From: Squalus acanthias
Taxonomy: Eukaryota
DNA length: 64,000 nt
Direction of reading: 5' to 3'
Assembly: GCA_030390025.1 (NCBI GenBank)
Contig: CM059432.1
Location: 147,934,001-147,998,000 of the forward strand
Shown here: positions 61,569 through 64,000 of the stretch, piece after piece
Numbering within the stretch: the stretch's first letter is position 1
Layout of the letters: each line of letters opens with the position of its first letter
Program-made: the position numbers and the translations under genes
The notes under the pieces: model-generated
The model's database searches: none
What the model saw: only the letters and a program-made list of their open reading frames with translations
What the model was told of the DNA's origin: nothing

Positions 61569-63365
61569 GGCCAGAATTTTCCAGGGTGGTAGCAGGCGCG
61601 ATTGGTGATGGGTCAGGTGGGAAAGTTGTTATTTTTGACAGCGGGCCAGGAACCCGCTGTCATCTCGCTCCCACGCGCATTTCCCCCAGGCGCGTCTGTC
61701 ATTGCAGACCTGACCCAACCGGCAGAGGCGGGCAACCCAATTTAAACAATTATTAGCTTGTTGTCAGACCCTTAAGAGTGTTTTTACCTTACCTTTTAAA
61801 TTTAACTGGATGCCCATGGGGACCACGATGCTTGGGAAGTGCGTCTGTAAACCTGAGGCGGGAGTTGAGTGGCCAGTGATCCAGCTGATTAGTCAACAGG
61901 ATGAAACGTACGATAAAAGCTCCCGCCTGACAGCTGATCACTTTCCTCAGGCAGAAGCTGTTTCTCACTGCATTTGCAACACAGATTGAGCTTTCTGCAG
62001 GTTGCAAGTCTTTCAAGCAAATTCTTCATTCAGTGGCACCTCATTGGAAGAACTTCTCTCACCATTGACAGAATGCTTCTGTCATCTCTACTTCACCTGC
62101 CATCTATTCCATCAACATGGGTGCCCTTTATACTGTCTCACCTTGGTCCTCTGAATCTGACCACGATCAGCCCCAACACAAGCAGCTCCAGGCACACCAG
62201 CAGCACCAACAACAACACCAACCTTCTCCACAATCACCTGATGCTGCACAGGACAGAAGGCATCAACACCCAAGCACATTGCTGCGTGGGAGGACAGGGA
62301 TGACCTCACCGTGGCCAGATTTACTTCACTTGATGCTGTACACCCATATGGCTGCCACATGATGTGCCAGGTTGGCACCACGCCACACCAACACCATAAA
62401 GGATCACTACAATGAACAAGCCATTCCTTTCACACTCATCACCATTGCGGGGGGTACCGTTATGTCTCGCCATTCACTGCAACTCACTAAGCCACGTCCA
62501 AAGGCACACAAATCTGTCCAAGACCAGAAAGTGTTGAAAATAAAGATTTATATGTTTGACACCGCATTAACAGAAACTTTACAGGAACATTGGATAAAAC
62601 ACCCAAGTGGCTACCCTTGTGTGTTGTTAGTTGGTATGATTACACTAGGATGAGGGTGAGTGTGAGGAGTGGCTAGTGAGATGGGGATGTGATAATGTAG
62701 ATAGAGAGGGATGGGTGGAGGTGCAAGGTAAGTTGGTGTGAGTAAAGATGTGCAGGAGTAGGGTAGGGAAGGCAGAGTGATGGGGATATGATGAGAGGCA
62801 CAGCAGGATGAGGTTGAGTGTGGCTTTGTACTAACGTTTCATGATCTACTGAGATCATTGAAACGTTTGCAGCACTGCATCCAGATCCTCTTGATCACAT
62901 CCCTGCTTGTGACCTCCTCTGCAATCTGCAACCAGGCTGTCTTGGTCTCTTGGGGAGGTTTCTTCCACCCATGGGAAGGGAAGAAAACCTCCCTGAGTGC
63001 TCTGACTCCCTCCATAAGCATATGGAGGGAGTCATGGGTGAGCCTGGGTGCAGCCCTGTACCTCTGTGCAGTGATTGTCAGTGTTTGCAGCACCTCAATG
63101 CTGTAGAACACTGACAGCACTATGTTAGATTAAACTTCAAATCTAATGTGGCCACAGTCCCTTTAAAGATCCCGGCTGATGACGTGTCATGAATGAGGTC
63201 ACCAGACCCGCTCCATCTCATTGGGCCGGGTAACACACTGGGCGGGGCTTAATAGACCCATTAAGGCAAGTTCATTTTCAGCAGCGGGATGGAGACAGCA
63301 GCGGGGTCGCGACCCGCCATGGCCACCGCCCACCCAGACCCGCTGAGCTAGGCAAAGTTCCGGCC
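61569..63365. mobile_element. Harbinger copy E, internally deleted (transposase N-terminus on + from 62117; Myb exon 1 on - at about 62836-63090)
   Basis: TIR GGCCAGAATTTTCC / GGCAAAGTTCCGGCC; TSD ATA. MGALYTVSPWSSESDHDQPQ..QPSPQSPDAAQ matches the copy A N-terminus; AWLQIAEEV..WMQCCKRFNDL. Confidence 0.88.
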
Positions 63366-63560
63366 ATACACTTTGAGAAAATACTACAATGGGGTTAAGA
63401 AAGAAGTACTGGATGAGGCACAAAACATTGGCATTGAAGGAGTAGCAATAGGGGATGGCCATCAGGCACAGTCCAGATGTCTGGTATGCTGAGTGGCTCT
63501 CCTGAGTTGTATGGTTGTACATTTTTAGTGGCCTGTTTTCCAACAGAAGATGTTAAAACA

Positions 63561-64000
63561 GATACAATAGCAAAATACTGCGGATGCTGGAAATCTGAAA
63601 TAACAACAGAAAATGCTGGAAACACTCAGCAGGTCAGGCAGCATCTGTGGAGAGAGAAACAGAGTCAACGTTTCGAGTTGGGGACCCTTCATTAGAACTA
63701 GAAAAATTTAGAGATGTAACAGATTTTTAAGCAGGTGCAGAGGCAGGGAAAGGGGGAGGAGGGGAGGAAAGAATAAAAGGGACGGTCTGTGCTAGGGTGG
63801 AAGGCAGGAGAGATTAAATGCTGCAAATGGGGATGGCAGAATCATCAACAGCTGCCGCCTGAAAAAATAGGGGTGGAGGTTATGGTCTGAAATTGTTGAA
63901 CTTAATGTTGAGTCCAGAAGGCTGTAAAGTGCCTATTAGAAAGATGAGGTGCTGTTCCTCGAGCTTATGTTGAACAGTGTAAGAGGCCGAGGACGGAGAG
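63561..64000 (-). mobile_element. Penelope-like (Neptune-type) 3' end, continuing past the window edge
   Basis: Minus-strand EQHLIF..GTLQPSGLNIKFNNFRP*; same 3'UTR as 20310-20670; degenerate hammerhead at 63663-63699 (CTAATGA). Confidence 0.85.

Overview
Vertebrate genomic DNA, almost certainly an elasmobranch (shark or ray), judging from an HE1-type V-SINE, abundant CR1 LINEs and Penelope-like elements. One intact host gene is present: NEUROD6 (bHLH transcription factor, + strand, non-coding exon 1 ending at 50408, single coding exon with CDS 51794-52804). It sits in a ~12 kb island with no recognisable transposon (about 45.5-57.2 kb) containing candidate enhancers. Most of the rest is nested mobile DNA: (i) PIF/Harbinger DNA transposons with a convergent two-gene layout (3-exon Myb/SANT gene and DDE transposase), seen as a graded series from near-full-length copies to MITEs with 3-bp TSDs; (ii) CR1, L2 and RTE LINE fragments, a V-SINE and a solo LTR; (iii) two Penelope-like families whose termini carry minimal hammerhead-ribozyme motifs (at least 7 copies), including a 480-bp palindromic element with an intact hammerhead on each strand. 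Other curiosities are a Harbinger transposase in frame with a CR1 reverse-transcriptase fragment across a single TGA, and a MITE inserted at a hammerhead cleavage site. Family assignments come from motif recognition only; no database searches were run, and boundaries not fixed by a TSD or TIR are approximate.
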